Positions 37,442 to 38,537 of a stretch of 38,537 nt of DNA are shown piece by piece. Source of the DNA: Desulfobacterales bacterium (lineage in GTDB: Bacteria > Desulfobacterota > Desulfobacteria > Desulfobacterales > JAHEIW01); assembly GCA_041559695.1 (NCBI GenBank), contig JBFFCW010000003.1, positions 1-38,537 on the forward strand, written 5' to 3'. The position numbers and the translations under genes were made by a program. Below the pieces are notes generated by a model that worked only from the letters and a program-made list of their open reading frames with translations, was not told the origin of the DNA and did not search any database. Position 1 is the stretch's first letter; each line of letters begins with the position of its first letter.

Positions 37442-37696
37442 TTATTGGGTGTTGAGGCCTACCTGATTATATATTTCTTTCCACTGGACAAAAGGGATAC
37501 TTTTGAGTTGTTGCAGATCGCTTGCGGGGATGCAGCCTACCGTTGAGTTGGGAATATAAAAACATTGTTGTCCTTTGTGAGGCCCCTCTTCCAGGGTCCA
37601 GCCTTCATGAACGGCCACTTTTTTGCCCACAAAGTCGGCGGCACCAGAATTGTACTCGGTATCATTTGACGGTTGAAAAACGGCTTCAAAATACAT
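37442..37696 (-). CDS. Small hypothetical protein (84 aa)
   Basis: GAAAGGA RBS, protein-like composition, no recognised motif. Confidence 0.65.
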   Translation of the reverse strand: MYFEAVFQPSNDTEYNSGAADFVGKKVAVHEGWTLEEGPHKGQQCFYIPNSTVGCIPASDLQQLKSIPFVQWKEIYNQVGLNTQ

Positions 37697-37713
37697 AATT
37701 TAATTCCTTTCAG

Positions 37714-37748
37714 AAAAAAAATCGGCAGCGCCTGAAAAGACCCTGCCG
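37714..37748 (-). terminator. Terminator-like hairpin just upstream of the 84-aa gene RBS
   Basis: Minus strand CGGCAG-ggtcttttcaggcg-CTGCCG-A-T8. Confidence 0.55.
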
Positions 37749-38029
37749 TACTAATGTGCCATTGCTGTTACGATTTTAATTGAAAATTTTAAACGCAAAG
37801 AAAGCACTACCTTTAGCCACGCCAACGCGTGGCTGTCTGAAATGGTTCGATCATTTATTATGCTGCGATTGGATAACGACATCATTATTGAATAAATAAA
37901 TTCGATTAAAGGGGTAAAAGCTCGCTACAATACGGATTTAGAAATAAATGTCAATGGTTTTTTGCAGTTTAATAGAATTTTTTTTAATGTAAAAGAAAGC
38001 TGTCTCAAAAGTAGCAGATTACTTCTTCA

Positions 38030-38131
38030 GGTTGGCCGGTTGAGCCCGTTAGCCCGTTGTGCCCGTAAGAAAGTACCCCGTTCCATTTTTAACGGGCTAA
38101 ACTGGCGCAACCGGCTCAACGGGCTCAACCG
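38030..38131. repeat. GGCTCAACC-family inverted tandem element, second full copy
   Basis: Left arm GGTTGGCCGGTTGAGCCCGTTAGCCCGTTGTGCCCGTAA; right arm TTAACGGGCTAAACTGGCGCAACCGGCTCAACGGGCTCAACCG. Confidence 0.9.
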
Positions 38132-38203
38132 ATGAAAATTAGTCCACATGGGTGTGGATAAAACGTGATTTCGAAATCGTTTTTAGAAAAAAGTACATAG
38201 CCT

Positions 38204-38537
38204 ATGCCTGTCCATAACACCGATATCGCCGGCATTTTTGAGGCGATCGCCGATTTTCTGGAGATCGAAGGTGCAAACCCCTTCCGCGTCCGGGCCTATC
38301 GCAATGCAGCCCGCACGGTCAGCGGTCTGGGATCGGAATTGAAAGATATGGTGGCAGTCGGCGAGGATCTCACAAAACTGCCGGGCATTGGCAAACAGCT
38401 GGCTGCCAAAATTTGTGAAATACTGGAAAGCGGCACGGCCAAAGCCCTGATCGAACTTCAGCAGCGCATTCCCGAAACGGTTATCGAAATGTTAAAGCTG
38501 CCCAACCTGGGCCCCAAGCGCGTGCGGGTTTTATACC
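38204..38537 (+). CDS. polX: DNA polymerase X family protein, 3'-partial (not in ORF track)
   Basis: MPVHNTDIAGIFEAIADFLEIEGANPFRVRAYRNAARTV...LTKLPGIGKQLAAKI...LPNLGPKRV: 8-kDa lyase domain and HhH motifs; runs off the window end. Confidence 0.92.
   Translation, partial: MPVHNTDIAGIFEAIADFLEIEGANPFRVRAYRNAARTVSGLGSELKDMVAVGEDLTKLPGIGKQLAAKICEILESGTAKALIELQQRIPETVIEMLKLPNLGPKRVRVLY

Overview
Gene-dense bacterial chromosomal window, roughly 50% GC by eye. Gene content and style suggest a Desulfobacterota-like anaerobe (inference). It holds a MATE pump, a DUF4384 + CHASE2 class III cyclase pair, a GltS-like symporter / four-helix-bundle / sphingosine-1-phosphate-lyase-like unit, a Dpp/Opp ABC operon plus HSL-family esterase, nicotinamidase-like and ketopantoate-reductase-like genes, a PAS histidine kinase, an archaemetzincin-like protease, a Liv-type ABC operon, two further class III cyclases, a second Dpp-type binding protein, a Cys/Met PLP lyase and a partial PolX. 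Four things stand out beyond the ORF track. (1) A DsrE-family selenoprotein (UxxC plus SECIS-like hairpin) is truncated in the track. (2) Several sequence-distinct intergenic elements share one architecture: inverted arms of tandem 7-9-mers around a spacer. One sits in each of the four internal dpp gaps, and one family flanks a four-helix-bundle gene like a cassette. (3) The CHASE2 cyclase has Cya2-like guanylyl cyclase specificity residues. (4) There is a candidate CCUCC-bearing sRNA. No rRNA, tRNA, CRISPR array or transposase was seen. All family calls come from motif recognition, not database searches.
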